DNA of 64,000 nucleotides from Candidatus Eremiobacteria bacterium (GCA_963765935.1 CAVXXX010000001.1:1446304-1510303), one strand, 5' to 3'; shown: positions 44,514-54,755, counted from the first letter of the stretch. Notes: generated by a model not told the origin, from the letters alone. Numbers and translations are program-made.

Positions 44514-45394
44514 CTTCGGCCTTTTGGCGCCGGTGTCGCGAACGCACCGGGAGGCGGTTTCACTGGAAATTCAATGCGCGCATAGTCGAGGAATAGACGC
44601 ACGTGCTGACGCCCGAGTCGCGGACCCGCATCGAACGAGATCTCGCCGCGATCGACGAGATAATACGATCCAACTCGAGCGAGGTGCAACTCGACGCGTC
44701 CGTTGCGGTCCACCAGATCGCTGCGTTCTAACCCAAAGCGAATCGTACATATCGTTTGCGTTGATGTTTGCACGCTGATGTCGGTCGCGGGATGGCGCGA
44801 AGCATCGTCGCGCGCGGTGAGATGCAGCAAACGCGCGGGCGAATCATCCGCACAGGTCGTCATTCCCCCGTCGCTCACGCGATAGATGCCTAGGTCGAGC
44901 GCGCGCACGACGGCGATTTCGGGCCATACGCCTGTGCTGCCGTTCGCCGGAGAAGCCACACCCGCAGAAGGTAGCGGCGTCGCTTCTTTCATGCCGAAGC
45001 GCATCCAGGCGTCGAGGCCGTTCCACGTTGCATTGAGCGCGGGAAACCGCGTTACCGCCCGCGCCTCGTCCAGGCGAACCGACGTCGTGTTATCCCGCGT
45101 GCGCACCAAAACCGGCCACCACGCCGACGTGTCGCCGAGCGCCGTACCGACGGAAAAGCCAAATTCCGCCTCCCCGGTGTGCGGATCGCGGCTCACGTAG
45201 AACGCCGCGCCTGAGGCGCGCACGACGACATCGTACGAAACGAGCGAGGGCTGCGGAAGATCCGTCATGTGTGTAAGGACCCGGCGGTAGTATTCCTCGA
45301 CGGTTTCCGGCTCCTCAGCGAGCGCCGAGCCGTGATGCGCCCCTAGCATCGCCATCGCAATCGTTAGCACAACGCAAAACGCCCGTGCATCCAC
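44510..45394 (-). CDS. Secreted hypothetical protein
   Basis: GTG 45394 gives the signal VDARAFCVVLTIAMAMLGAHHGSALA. The longer track ORF (to 45766) is an Arg/His-rich artefact. The stop overlaps the GNAT start. Confidence 0.5.
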   Translation of the reverse strand: MDARAFCVVLTIAMAMLGAHHGSALAEEPETVEEYYRRVLTHMTDLPQPSLVSYDVVVRASGAAFYVSRDPHTGEAEFGFSVGTALGDTSAWWPVLVRTRDNTTSVRLDEARAVTRFPALNATWNGLDAWMRFGMKEATPLPSAGVASPANGSTGVWPEIAVVRALDLGIYRVSDGGMTTCADDSPARLLHLTARDDASRHPATDISVQTSTQTICTIRFGLERSDLVDRNGRVELHLARVGSYYLVDRGEISFDAGPRLGRQHVRLFLDYARIEFPVKPPPGAFATPAPKGRR

Positions 45395-45478
45395 GGGGGC
45401 TCTACGGTGGAACCCCCGGCCGGAAGTCAGGTAATTCCCACGATGAGCCGGACGGCACATCCAGCGTACGATGCGGGC

Positions 45479-45802
45479 ATGGATACCAACGCCCACGTCG
45501 TCAACCTCAATGCCGAGGCGCTGCCGCGCTGTTTCGTCCTGGACGAGGATCACCGCATCATTATGGTCTGTTCCGCACAATCGGGCCAGCCGCTGGAGCC
45601 CCGCTGGTCGGCGGAAGACGATTTCGCCAAGCTGCCGTCGGTGCTCGAACGCGCCGTCATGGTGCTCGCGGCCCGCTGCGTCCTCGAACGGACGATGTCG
45701 ATGACGGCGAAGCTCGGCGCCTACAAGGTCAAAGTGCAATTGCTGCGCGGCTCGCGCAAGACGCACAAAGCGGTAATTGTCGATCGCGCGGAAGCGGCAT
45801 AA
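45479..45802 (+). CDS. Hypothetical protein
   Basis: Open frame divergent from the previous gene. No motif recognised. Followed by a stem-loop. Confidence 0.4.
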   Translation: MDTNAHVVNLNAEALPRCFVLDEDHRIIMVCSAQSGQPLEPRWSAEDDFAKLPSVLERAVMVLAARCVLERTMSMTAKLGAYKVKVQLLRGSRKTHKAVIVDRAEAA

Positions 45803-46089
45803 CGTAACGAAGCAACCCGGCTCATAGAACCGGGCTGCGTTCGTTCGCGAGTGCTGCGAAGCAATAGTAGGTTCTCGCGAAACCTGGAAAACGCGGAATA
45901 CAACGCTGTATAAACGTTACAGCGCCGCGGTTGCAGCCGGATGGAATCTGTATTTGCAACCACTTCTGACTTCGGCGCTAAATTGTCCGAAGTTTAGCAC
46001 TTCAAACCGTGCAAAAAAGTGTAGGGATCAGTTTTAATGACGAACGTTAATAATTGGAACGCCGTCAGCGACGCAAACGCTCAACCGTT

Positions 46090-48015
46090 TCATCGTGAAG
46101 TACGTGATCCATGCGGGTCCGCAAAATTGAGCGCTTGCATTGCGGCGCGCTGACCCTCCATGACCGCGCCGGTCCAGTTCTGCCGGCCGCGCAGTTCCGA
46201 GTGACCGAAGGAAATCCGTCCGAACGATTTCCGCAACGTTTCGGCCGGTCCCGGCGAACCGTTCGCACCGAAATACCAGCCCGGCGCAGGCGAAATATAC
46301 GCGTGTCCCCAGCGGTTCAACACGATGGCCGCGATATCGCGTTTCGCATCGAATCCGGAGCTGCCGAAAAGATGCTGCAGTTGCGCTCGAATCTGGCGTT
46401 CGAAATCGGCATACGAGGTCGTAAGCAATCGAATGCGTCCCGCGGTCGTCTGTTCCGCAAGAGACATCCCCGGCTGCGGAAATCCGGTGTACATAGTAAA
46501 CATTGCGGGTTGCTCCGGATCGAGCGGCGGACGGTAGGATCCGAAGGCCATCGGCTGGCGGATGTTGCCCCAAAATCCGTACCCGCTGAACCACCGCGCA
46601 CCAGTGATCCCGAGTTTCGCAAGCGGACGCCAATTCCGCAACGCGACGTTCGCAACAAGACTCGGTGCATGATGAAATGTGTCGTACGCCGCGCGATAAT
46701 CGGACGGAAGATCGCGCACAACGTGCTTTGCAACCCAGCCTCCGATCGTTACCACGACGGCACGCGCCTCCACCGCTTCCAGCGATCCATCGCGCGCATA
46801 GACCACGCGCACGCGCGTCGCGGTCGATGGATCGCCTTGATGATGCACGGCGACGGCCGTTGTCGCAAGACGGATGCGCACGCTAGAACTTGCGCGGTCG
46901 AATTCGCCGAAGTCGAACGGAGCATCGACGATGTCGGCAAACGTGCGGTCTTTAGTAATTGCGGAGGGAATCAGCGACTTGACGAGATGCCGCGCGATGG
47001 TCCCGTTGCCGCCGGGAAATGAAAACACCGACGAATCAGGGGAAGCGCTCACGCGAGGCGCGACACCGGGAAGCCCCAGGAGTTTCGCGCCGTAGGCCGA
47101 GACCGCGTCCGCGCTTGCGGCATAACTCGTCGTTCCCGTAATCGAATCGGCGAGGCGAACGGCAGGCGGTCCGAGACCCATCACCTTACGAATGAACGCG
47201 CCGTACGACATCGAGTCGAGCCAAGGTCCGGCAGCCGATCCATCGGGCGGCATAAATTCTTTTTCGTTGTTATGCCACGCAAGTAGATCCGCACGCGTGC
47301 GTTCGTTAAACGGCACTCCGGCGAGGTCATCGGCGAAAATGTCGCGATAAAAACCGTGGATTCCGAACGCGCCGCCGTCGAAAAACCATCCGACGTTTGC
47401 GCTGCGCTCGTTCCAAAACCACGGTTCGAAATTATCCCGCGCGAAACGAAGACCGCTCGCCGCGCCGGTCGGTTCGACAAATTCAAACGACCGTGGAATG
47501 CCGAGTTCGTCCCAGAGCGCACCAATCGTCGGATCGTCAGCCGGCGGTACGTTCGTATCGTTCGAAGCCTGCGGTCCGAAGAGTCGCACGCCGTCGACGT
47601 CGATTTCGTTTTGCTTTGCTTCGCCGCCGGGAACCGGATGATTCTCGACGATCAAAATGCGCGCGCTCGGACGCTGCTTGCGAATGGTGTACGCCGCAGT
47701 CAAGCCCGCGATTCCGCCGCCGATAATGACCGCGTCATAGAACTCATCGACGACCGGCGCCGAAGGGATGCGCGATTCGTACCGCAAGTCGCGCAGCGCG
47801 TGGGCAGCATTTACAACTGCTGCAGTGTTGCCGTTCGATCGGGCGTAATCACCGAGACCGCCGTAACCGGTGAATGTGTCCGTCAGCCCTTGGGCGTTTG
47901 CCGCAACCGGCGAATAGAGCAGCGCGGCGCCTGCACCGGCAAGGACGCCGTTGACAAAGTCGCGGCGTGTGATGTTCGCATCGAGCCCGAGTGCTTTATC
48001 GTGATCGGATTGCAT
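46090..48015 (-). CDS. Tat-exported NAD(P)/FAD-dependent oxidoreductase (spermidine-dehydrogenase SpdH-like)
   Basis: Twin-arginine signal ITRRDFVNGVLAGAGAALLYSPVAANAQ. Rossmann motif YDAVIIGGGIAGLTAAY. Confidence 0.85.
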   Translation of the reverse strand: MQSDHDKALGLDANITRRDFVNGVLAGAGAALLYSPVAANAQGLTDTFTGYGGLGDYARSNGNTAAVVNAAHALRDLRYESRIPSAPVVDEFYDAVIIGGGIAGLTAAYTIRKQRPSARILIVENHPVPGGEAKQNEIDVDGVRLFGPQASNDTNVPPADDPTIGALWDELGIPRSFEFVEPTGAASGLRFARDNFEPWFWNERSANVGWFFDGGAFGIHGFYRDIFADDLAGVPFNERTRADLLAWHNNEKEFMPPDGSAAGPWLDSMSYGAFIRKVMGLGPPAVRLADSITGTTSYAASADAVSAYGAKLLGLPGVAPRVSASPDSSVFSFPGGNGTIARHLVKSLIPSAITKDRTFADIVDAPFDFGEFDRASSSVRIRLATTAVAVHHQGDPSTATRVRVVYARDGSLEAVEARAVVVTIGGWVAKHVVRDLPSDYRAAYDTFHHAPSLVANVALRNWRPLAKLGITGARWFSGYGFWGNIRQPMAFGSYRPPLDPEQPAMFTMYTGFPQPGMSLAEQTTAGRIRLLTTSYADFERQIRAQLQHLFGSSGFDAKRDIAAIVLNRWGHAYISPAPGWYFGANGSPGPAETLRKSFGRISFGHSELRGRQNWTGAVMEGQRAAMQALNFADPHGSRTSR

Positions 48016-48027
48016 GCTTTCTTGGAT

Positions 48028-48114
48028 TGGTGCTCAGGAAGGGACTCGAACCCCCACGATGTTGCCACCACTGATACCTGAAACCAGCGCGTCTACCAAT
48101 TCCGCCACCTGAGC
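48028..48114 (-). tRNA. tRNA-Leu (anticodon CAG)
   Basis: 87 nt: GCTCAGG acceptor stem, D-arm GCGGAATTGGTAGACGC, anticodon loop TTCAGGT (CAG), long variable arm, T-loop GGTTCGAGTCC, encoded CCA. Close to E. coli tRNA-Leu(CAG). Confidence 0.95.
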
Positions 48115-48193
48115 ATAGTCCACCGCTTCGCGGAGCGCGGCCGGACTCGATTCGTGAAACTCCCCAGTGTTCCTCGGGGTTTCCGCTTGCACG

Positions 48194-49153
48194 ATGTCCG
48201 CAGTCAGACTTATCTCGCACACGACCGTCGCGCCCGACCGGGCGCTCGACCCGTACTCCGAAGCCGTTACGGGTGCCGCCGAACGGGTGAGCCCGTCGGT
48301 CGTGGCGATCGAGGTGCGTAACGGACGCCACTCCGGAAACGGTTCGGGGTTCGTCTTTACACCGGACGGCTTCGTTCTTACCAACAGCCATGTGGTTCAC
48401 GATTCGCAACATGTGCGCGTTGCATTGCTCGATGGACGGGATGTTCCGGCTCGGGTTGTCGGTGATGATCCGCATACCGATCTCGCCGTACTCCGTATCG
48501 ATGTGCCCGACCTCGTCGCTGCATCGCTCGGCGATTCGTCGAGCTTGCGACCGGGGCAACTCGTTGTTGCGGTCGGCAACCCGTACGGTCTCGCGTATAC
48601 CGTGACGGCGGGTGTCGTCAGTGCGCTGGGGCGCAGCCTGCGCTCGCAGTCCGGTCGATTGATCGACAACATCATTCAAACGGATGCCGCGCTCAATCCC
48701 GGCAACTCCGGCGGTCCGCTCGTGGCCGCAACCGGTGAAGTGATCGGCGTTAACACGGCGGTATTGCCGGGCCAGGGGCTCTGTTTTGCAATCGCTATCA
48801 ACACGGCAAAGCACGTGGCGAGTCTCTTGATTCGCGACGGCAAGGTGCGCCGCGGCTATTTCGGCATCGCGGGACAAGACATTACGCTTTCGCGTGCGGC
48901 CGCCCGGCGCTTCCAATTGTTGGATGCGCGAGCAGTGCTCGTCACGTCGGTTGAGCCGGGAAGTCCCGCGTCCACCGCTCGTTTACAGGAAGGCGACGTG
49001 CTGCTCGCAATTGAAGGCGAGCGCATTGCGGGAATCGATGACCTTCACAAACGGCTGACCGCCATCGATCTCCGTCGCCCCTACAAGCTCGACGTACTGC
49101 GCAAGAGCGAACGCATCGAGACCATCATTCTTCCCGTCGAATCACCCGAATGA
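48194..49153 (+). CDS. HtrA/DegP-family serine protease with PDZ domain
   Basis: [19 protein letters not shown] (His), DLAVLRI (Asp), [14 protein letters not shown] (Ser), C-terminal PDZ. Confidence 0.9.
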   Translation: MSAVRLISHTTVAPDRALDPYSEAVTGAAERVSPSVVAIEVRNGRHSGNGSGFVFTPDGFVLTNSHVVHDSQHVRVALLDGRDVPARVVGDDPHTDLAVLRIDVPDLVAASLGDSSSLRPGQLVVAVGNPYGLAYTVTAGVVSALGRSLRSQSGRLIDNIIQTDAALNPGNSGGPLVAATGEVIGVNTAVLPGQGLCFAIAINTAKHVASLLIRDGKVRRGYFGIAGQDITLSRAAARRFQLLDARAVLVTSVEPGSPASTARLQEGDVLLAIEGERIAGIDDLHKRLTAIDLRRPYKLDVLRKSERIETIILPVESPE

Positions 49154-50364
49154 TCCGCAAGCTCGCACCGATTCTCGGCGTCACATTTATCGACATCATC
49201 GGATTCAGCATGCTGCTTCCGATCTTGCCGTATTTCGTGACGCACTTCGGCATGAGCGCGATTGTCGTCGGTATCTTACTCTCGACGTTCTCGCTCTGCC
49301 AACTGATTTCGGGACCGATTTGGGGCAACGTCTCCGATCGCGTCGGACGCAAAACGGTTCTGATTATCAGTCAAATCGGCGCGACGATCGGGTGGGCGAT
49401 GCTTGCCTTTGCGCCGAGCATCGGCTGGGTCTTCATTGCGCGCATCATCGAAGGCGTCTCCGGCGGCAACATCGGGATCACGCAAGCCTACGTCGCCGAT
49501 CTCGTCGAGCCCAAGCAGCGCGCGAGAGCGTTCGGCTTAATCAGCGCGACATTCGCTGCGGGAATGGTCTTCGGACCCGCGGGCGGCGGCTTGCTCTATT
49601 CGAGATTCGGTTTTCCGGCGCCGTTTCTGGCCGCTTCGGCGCTGCAGCTGATCACGCTCGTGCTGACCGTCATTCTTCTGCCCGAGTCGCGGTCGAAGCT
49701 CGAGCGAGACGAAGAACACGTCGGCATGCGCGAGGTCTTCTCGACGTTCACGAACACGCGGCTCTCGCCGTTACTCCTGCAGAAGCTTGCGCTTTCACTC
49801 GCCCTCTACGGCTGGTATTCGGCAATCGCGCTCTATCTCGCCGGACAGATGCACTTCGGCGTTGTCCAAACGACGCAATACTTCTCCCTCTTCGCGGTTC
49901 TGAACGTCGTCATCAACGGTGTCGGTGTGGGCAAGGCTTCGAACAGGCTCGGCGATCGCGTGATGTCGTCGCTTGGACTCGCGTTGCTCGTCGCAGCGTT
50001 CGCCGCTGCGCCGTTCGTCCACAATATCTTCACGCTCACGGGTGTGATGATTCTCTTCGCGGTGGGCGGCGCGTTTGCGAACAACGGCCTCGTCGCAATG
50101 ATTTCGAATGTGGCGACGGAGCGCGAACAAGGTACGGTATTAGGCGTTTCGTCCTCGCTCGATTCGCTCTCGGGAATTCTCGCACCGCCGGTATCGACGG
50201 GATTGCTTGCGCGATACGGGTCGCCGTTCGCGAGCATCGAACCGTTGGTGATGTCGGTGATCGCGCTCGCCCTCGGTATTCGAAACTCGCTGCTTGCACC
50301 CAGGGTATCTCATGGCGTCACCGACGAATCCGTCGTGACACCACCTGCCGAGGAGCTCGTATGA
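49150..50364 (+). CDS. MFS transporter (DHA1-like)
   Basis: 12 TM segments. Motif [15 protein letters not shown]. The ATG overlaps the htrA stop (ATGA). Confidence 0.9.
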   Translation: MIRKLAPILGVTFIDIIGFSMLLPILPYFVTHFGMSAIVVGILLSTFSLCQLISGPIWGNVSDRVGRKTVLIISQIGATIGWAMLAFAPSIGWVFIARIIEGVSGGNIGITQAYVADLVEPKQRARAFGLISATFAAGMVFGPAGGGLLYSRFGFPAPFLAASALQLITLVLTVILLPESRSKLERDEEHVGMREVFSTFTNTRLSPLLLQKLALSLALYGWYSAIALYLAGQMHFGVVQTTQYFSLFAVLNVVINGVGVGKASNRLGDRVMSSLGLALLVAAFAAAPFVHNIFTLTGVMILFAVGGAFANNGLVAMISNVATEREQGTVLGVSSSLDSLSGILAPPVSTGLLARYGSPFASIEPLVMSVIALALGIRNSLLAPRVSHGVTDESVVTPPAEELV

Positions 50365-51140
50365 AGACGAAGATTACCGGTACCACATTACCCGTTCTTG
50401 AAGTCGGTCTCGAGCCGGGCGATAAAATCGTCGCCGAGCCTGGCGAGTTCTCATGGATGACGGAAAACGTGCAGTTGAATACGACTGCCATGACCGCCGG
50501 CGCAAAGGGAATCATGGGAGTCATCGGCCGCGCCTTGTCGGGCGGTGGCATCTTCATGACCGAATATTTCACACAAAGTGCAAACGGCTTGATCGCTTTC
50601 GCTGCGAAAGTGCCCGGCCAAATCATGCAAGTCGACGTGCAGCCGGGACGCGAGTACATGGTTCACCGCCACGGTTTTTTGTGCGCCACGCAAGGCGTCG
50701 AATTGAACATGGGGTTCCAGCGATCGCTGGGCGCCGGCATCTTCGGCGGCAACGGATTCATCCTGCAGCGCTTGGGTGGAACGTGTAGCGCATGGATCGA
50801 GCTCGGCGGCGAGATCGTCACCTACGATCTTGCAGCGGGTGAATCGATTCAGGTGCATCCCGGTCACATCGGAATGTTCGAAGCAAGCGTGAACTTCGAC
50901 ATCACGTTCATGCGCGGCATCATGAACGCCGTCTTCGGCGCCGACGGTTTGTTTATCGCTCGATTGACGGGTCCCGGCAAAGTGTGGCTGCAAACGCTCA
51001 CGATGCCGAATCTTGCGCACGCGCTCCTGCCCTATCTCGGAAAGCAAGAAGCGCAAGCGGCCGCGCAGACCGGAGTCGCGGGCGGCGTTGCCGGCGGTGT
51101 CGCCGCGTCGGTGCTGAAGAACCTGTTCGGAGATCAGTAA
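50361..51140 (+). CDS. AIM24/TIGR00266-family protein
   Basis: [33 protein letters not shown]...GGGIFMTEYF...GESIQVHPGHIGMFE...GLFIARLTGPGKVWLQT. The ATG overlaps the MFS stop (ATGA). Confidence 0.85.
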   Translation: MKTKITGTTLPVLEVGLEPGDKIVAEPGEFSWMTENVQLNTTAMTAGAKGIMGVIGRALSGGGIFMTEYFTQSANGLIAFAAKVPGQIMQVDVQPGREYMVHRHGFLCATQGVELNMGFQRSLGAGIFGGNGFILQRLGGTCSAWIELGGEIVTYDLAAGESIQVHPGHIGMFEASVNFDITFMRGIMNAVFGADGLFIARLTGPGKVWLQTLTMPNLAHALLPYLGKQEAQAAAQTGVAGGVAGGVAASVLKNLFGDQ

Positions 51141-51144
51141 CGCC

Positions 51145-51651
51145 ATGTTTGTTCGCAACTTCGCGCTGCTCGTTCTTGCCTTCGCCGTTCCCATGGCTGC
51201 CGGCGGCGCCACCCCCACGCCCATCCCTGGTGGGGCGAATCAGGTCAATGCCATCGAAGGCAAAGTGGGTGATACGATCTTCAACGGCGTGCTTCGAATC
51301 ACGGTTCAAGAGATCCGTGACGCGACCGCGGACGATCATCCCGAAAAAATGTTGCCGGGACCGAATCAAAAAGTCATGGTCATGAAGGTCTTGTTACGTA
51401 ATGGAACCCACGACGCGTTCATCGACCTGCTCACCTATTCGCTTGCAGACGCGGACGACGTCGCGTTTCAGATTCCCAGTAATTACGTGAACCCTGGCAA
51501 CTTGCACATCCTGCAAGGTGCGGCAGCACGACAAAATGCGATGTTCGTCGTCGATAAAGACTACAAGCCTGCCAAACTCATCGTCCAGTGTGCTACCTGC
51601 GCAAGCGCGACGCACTTTCGCTCGCTCCGGCTCACGATTCCACAACCGTAA
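51145..51651 (+). CDS. Secreted hypothetical protein (possibly DUF4352-like Ig fold)
   Basis: Signal MFVRNFALLVLAFAVPMAAGGA. Starts 4 nt after the AIM24 gene. Confidence 0.55.
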   Translation: MFVRNFALLVLAFAVPMAAGGATPTPIPGGANQVNAIEGKVGDTIFNGVLRITVQEIRDATADDHPEKMLPGPNQKVMVMKVLLRNGTHDAFIDLLTYSLADADDVAFQIPSNYVNPGNLHILQGAAARQNAMFVVDKDYKPAKLIVQCATCASATHFRSLRLTIPQP

Positions 51652-51704
51652 CACTAGCATAGTCAGACGCGGCCGGCACCGCTCGGGATGAGGCGCACCT
51701 TCAC

Positions 51705-52412
51705 TTGCTGAATCCTTGCGGTGTGTCCTCTACCTCGAACGGGTGTGAAGAATTCGCCGGCTTTCCCGATGCCGGGCTGCGCTTTCTGAAGCAGCTCGTC
51801 AAACATAACGATCGCGCTTGGTTCAACGATCGTAAATCGGTCTATCTAGAATCGGTCCAAGCGCCGTTGCATGCGCTTGTTTCTGCAGTGAACGGCGCGC
51901 TTCGTGCAAAGCGCATTCCGTTCGCAAGCGATCCCCGCCGCCTTTCATTCCGCATTTATCGCGACACCCGCTTTTCTCCCGATAAATCGCCGTATAAAAC
52001 TCATGCCTCCGCGGTGCTATATCGTCAGGGAGATCGCAGCGTCCCCGGTGTGCTCTACATCCATATCGATCCGGCGGAACCGTTTCTCGCTGCGGGCTTT
52101 CATATGCCCGATAACGAGTTGTTGCGCGAGTTACGCGCGGCAATCGCGCGCGATCCAAAATCGTTTCGTGGCATGGTCGCGAAGATCGAACAAGCGGGAC
52201 TGTCGATGCGCGCCGGCGACGCACTGACGCGCTTGCCGCGTGGGTTCGAGGACGTCGACCAGTCGGTCGCCGAGTACGTCAAACGGAAGTCCTTCGTGGT
52301 ATCGCAACCCCTCGAGCCGGATGACGTCAAATCTGCAACCATGGTGCAACGCGTCGTGTCGTTTGCCAAAAGTGCGATGCCCCTGCTCGCATGGGGGTGG
52401 AAAGGACGCTAG
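51705..52412 (+). CDS. DUF2461 (TIGR02453) family protein
   Basis: FAGFPDAGLRFLKQLVKHNDRAWF and FRIYRDTRFSPDKSPYKTH. Start is TTG 51705 or GTG 51723. Confidence 0.8.
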   Translation: MLNPCGVSSTSNGCEEFAGFPDAGLRFLKQLVKHNDRAWFNDRKSVYLESVQAPLHALVSAVNGALRAKRIPFASDPRRLSFRIYRDTRFSPDKSPYKTHASAVLYRQGDRSVPGVLYIHIDPAEPFLAAGFHMPDNELLRELRAAIARDPKSFRGMVAKIEQAGLSMRAGDALTRLPRGFEDVDQSVAEYVKRKSFVVSQPLEPDDVKSATMVQRVVSFAKSAMPLLAWGWKGR

Positions 52413-52416
52413 TCCC

Positions 52417-53049
52417 GTGGTCGACGAGAAAACGTTGCTGCTCTATCTTCCCGCGATGCTTGCAATCACTCTGGCACCAGGGGCCGATACGCTCTTCGTC
52501 GTCGCGTCGGCGCTGCGTTCTGGGCCGCGTGGCGGCGTCTTGGCAGCAACCGGCATAATTTCCGGCGGCATCGTTCACATTACCGCGGCGACGATCGGCC
52601 TCTCTGCGCTCGTCCTCAAATCGGCACTAGCATTTGCGATTTTGAAATACGTCGGCGCGGCCTACTTAATCTATCTCGGCGTCCGTGCGCTGCTCGTGCG
52701 CGAAGCGGTTGAAGCGCAAGACGGTGCAAAACACGCGGCGCCCGTCAGCAATCGCGTCTTCTTCCAAGGCTTCCTCACGAACGTCACCAATCCGAAAGTC
52801 GCGATTTTTATGCTCGCGTTTTTGCCACAGTTCGTTTCGCCCGCGCGAGGCACGATTTGGTCGCAGTTGGTTGAACTTGGCGCGCTATGGTACGTTACGG
52901 GTTTGATTTGGCTCAGCGCCGTGGGATTCGCCGTCGGCAAAGCCCGTCGCTCGGTGAGCGCGTCGAGTGCGGTGCGAAAGACGTTCAAGTATGTCACGGC
53001 CTCCATCTTCATCGGTCTAGGCTTGCGCGTCGCTGTTTCGAACAAGTAG
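52417..53049 (+). CDS. LysE/RhtB-family amino-acid exporter
   Basis: LAITLAPGADTLFVV, YLIYLGVRAL, NPKVAIFMLAFLPQF. GTG start. Confidence 0.85.
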   Translation: MVDEKTLLLYLPAMLAITLAPGADTLFVVASALRSGPRGGVLAATGIISGGIVHITAATIGLSALVLKSALAFAILKYVGAAYLIYLGVRALLVREAVEAQDGAKHAAPVSNRVFFQGFLTNVTNPKVAIFMLAFLPQFVSPARGTIWSQLVELGALWYVTGLIWLSAVGFAVGKARRSVSASSAVRKTFKYVTASIFIGLGLRVAVSNK

Positions 53050-53137
53050 CGCTAGTGCTCGACTCATAGGCCGAACGCTCCGGTGCATGGGCTGAATTGC
53101 TTAAGGATGTGTTATCTCGTGTGATGGACGACAATGT

Positions 53138-53692
53138 ATGAAACACTTCATCCGTTGCTTTATTGTTATTAGTGCACTCATGCTGACGCTTAGCACAATC
53201 GCGTTAGCGCAAAACCCGCCGGTTGAGGGTACGCCGATTCCCACCGCTCCGAAACCCGATTGGAGCGCGGTCCAGTACTTGATCGGCACCTGGAATTGCA
53301 CGGACATCAGTTCGCGCCGTCCGGGGCCCTTCGACATCACGACGTCGTACGCAATGGATCCCACCGGTTACTGGTTGATCAAGACCGAGAAGATCCATAA
53401 GGCGTCGTGGATTCCGAGCGAATTCACGAATGTATCGCGCATCACGTACGATAACAACGCTAAACGCTGGGTTCGGATCTTAACGGGCGACGCGGGCGCG
53501 TACGCCGTCAGCACATCACCCGATCGCACCGCGTTCACCTACGTCATACAGAGGGAGGCTCCCGACGTTTCGTCATATGCGCCCGAAGTTTATACGAAGG
53601 TCAGCAACACAAAGCGGACCATGACGAGCTCGTTCACCGAAAAAACCGGACGAGTCGTTCACGTCACCGAAACCTGCAATAAGACGTCGTAA
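53138..53692 (+). CDS. Secreted hypothetical protein
   Basis: Signal MKHFIRCFIVISALMLTLSTIALAQ. The mature part looks beta-rich (LIGTWNCTD...). Confidence 0.6.
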   Translation: MKHFIRCFIVISALMLTLSTIALAQNPPVEGTPIPTAPKPDWSAVQYLIGTWNCTDISSRRPGPFDITTSYAMDPTGYWLIKTEKIHKASWIPSEFTNVSRITYDNNAKRWVRILTGDAGAYAVSTSPDRTAFTYVIQREAPDVSSYAPEVYTKVSNTKRTMTSSFTEKTGRVVHVTETCNKTS

Positions 53693-53697
53693 CCCCC

Positions 53698-53799
53698 TGT
53701 CATCCTGAGCTTGTCGAAGGATCGAATCAAGCTAAAAGCCCGTCGAAATCTCGGCGGGCTTTTCGTTCGCAACGCTCCTTCGACAAGCTCAGGATGACA
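53698..53799. repeat. REP-like palindromic element, full copy carrying an internal terminator
   Basis: TGTCATCCTGAGCTTGTCGAAGGA (53698-721) pairs with TCCTTCGACAAGCTCAGGATGACA (53776-799). Lies between convergent genes. Confidence 0.7.
53734..53764. terminator. Bidirectional rho-independent terminator inside the REP element
   Basis: AAAAGCCCGTCG-aaatct-CGGCGGGCTTTT. Confidence 0.6.
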
Positions 53800-53806
53800 A
53801 CTGAGA

Positions 53807-54673
53807 CTATGCTGCTGATTTCTTGCGGCGGGTCGTCGTCTTTTTCTCGTGTTTTTCGTGCGATGCGGCGCGGCCGTTCGTTCCGGTGCCGCGGCGCTTC
53901 TTGCTCTCTTCGAGAGATTGCGCGAGAACGTCCATGAGATTGACGACCTTCGCGCGCGGCGCGGCGGCCTTCTTGGCCTTCGGCAGTTCCTTGCCCTGGG
54001 CGCGTGCTTCGATCATCGCGAGCAGTTCGTCGTGATAGCGGTTTGTGAACTTCTCCGGCTCGAACGCATCGACGCTCATCGTGTCGATAAGCATCTTCGC
54101 CATCTTCATCTCGGCCTCGGGCAGCTTTTCATTTCCGGGAATTTCAAGCGACGACGGCTCAACGATTTCATTGGCCCAATGCATCAGCTCGAGGACGAGC
54201 GCCTCGCCGATGGGCTTCACCGCAGCGATGTATTCCTTCGTTCGAATTACGACGCGCGCAACCGCCACTTTATTCGATTGATTGAGCGCTTCGCGCAAGA
54301 GCGCGTAGGCGTGCTTGCCCTGTTTGCTCGGCTCTAAATAGTACGGCTTATCGAAGAACATCGGGTTGATTTTGTCGAGATCAACAAATTCGAGAATATC
54401 GACGGATTGCGTCGCGACCGGATTGACTTTCTTGAAGTCTTCGTCGGTCAGCTCGACGTACTGACCCTTTTCGTATTCGTAGCCCTTGACGATTTCATCC
54501 CACGGGACTTCTTTGCCGTCGACGGAGCAGACACGTTCGTACTTGATGCGGCCGCCGTCTTTGGCGTGCAGCATGTTGAACGACAACTCGTCGGTTCGTA
54601 CGGCCGTGAAGAGCTTCACGGGAATCGTAACCAGGCCGAAGTTTATAGCACCGGACCAAATTGAATGAGCCAT
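53807..54673 (-). CDS. ku: Ku protein (non-homologous end joining)
   Basis: MAHSIWSGAINFGLVTIPVKLFTAV..., YYLEP, basic C-terminal tail. Confidence 0.95.
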   Translation of the reverse strand: MAHSIWSGAINFGLVTIPVKLFTAVRTDELSFNMLHAKDGGRIKYERVCSVDGKEVPWDEIVKGYEYEKGQYVELTDEDFKKVNPVATQSVDILEFVDLDKINPMFFDKPYYLEPSKQGKHAYALLREALNQSNKVAVARVVIRTKEYIAAVKPIGEALVLELMHWANEIVEPSSLEIPGNEKLPEAEMKMAKMLIDTMSVDAFEPEKFTNRYHDELLAMIEARAQGKELPKAKKAAAPRAKVVNLMDVLAQSLEESKKRRGTGTNGRAASHEKHEKKTTTRRKKSAA

Positions 54674-54755
54674 AGCGAAAATAGTTTACCCGACTTTAGC
54701 AAGCAGGGTTCCGGCTTCGGCTATTTGGTAGTTAGCCGAACGTACGCACCACAAT

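Noticed and set aside
44510-45766. Full 418-aa version of the minus-strand ORF
   Set aside because: The first 124 codons are His/Arg-rich and overlap the divergent gene 45479-45802. GTG 45394 yields a normal signal peptide.
48028-48114. tRNA-Leu as an integration hotspot or genomic-island boundary
   Set aside because: No integrase, no direct repeat of the tRNA 3' end and no compositional break are seen on either side.
47996-48916. 306-aa minus-strand ORF spanning the tRNA-Leu gene and the htrA 5' half
   Set aside because: It overlaps a perfect tRNA and the motif-rich HtrA frame. The sequence is Arg-rich low-complexity with no recognisable domain.
49320-50360. N-terminal 347 aa of the 606-aa ORF 49320-51140
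   Set aside because: This is an out-of-frame read-through of the MFS gene (Arg-rich nonsense). Only the part from ATG 50361 (AIM24 family) is credible.
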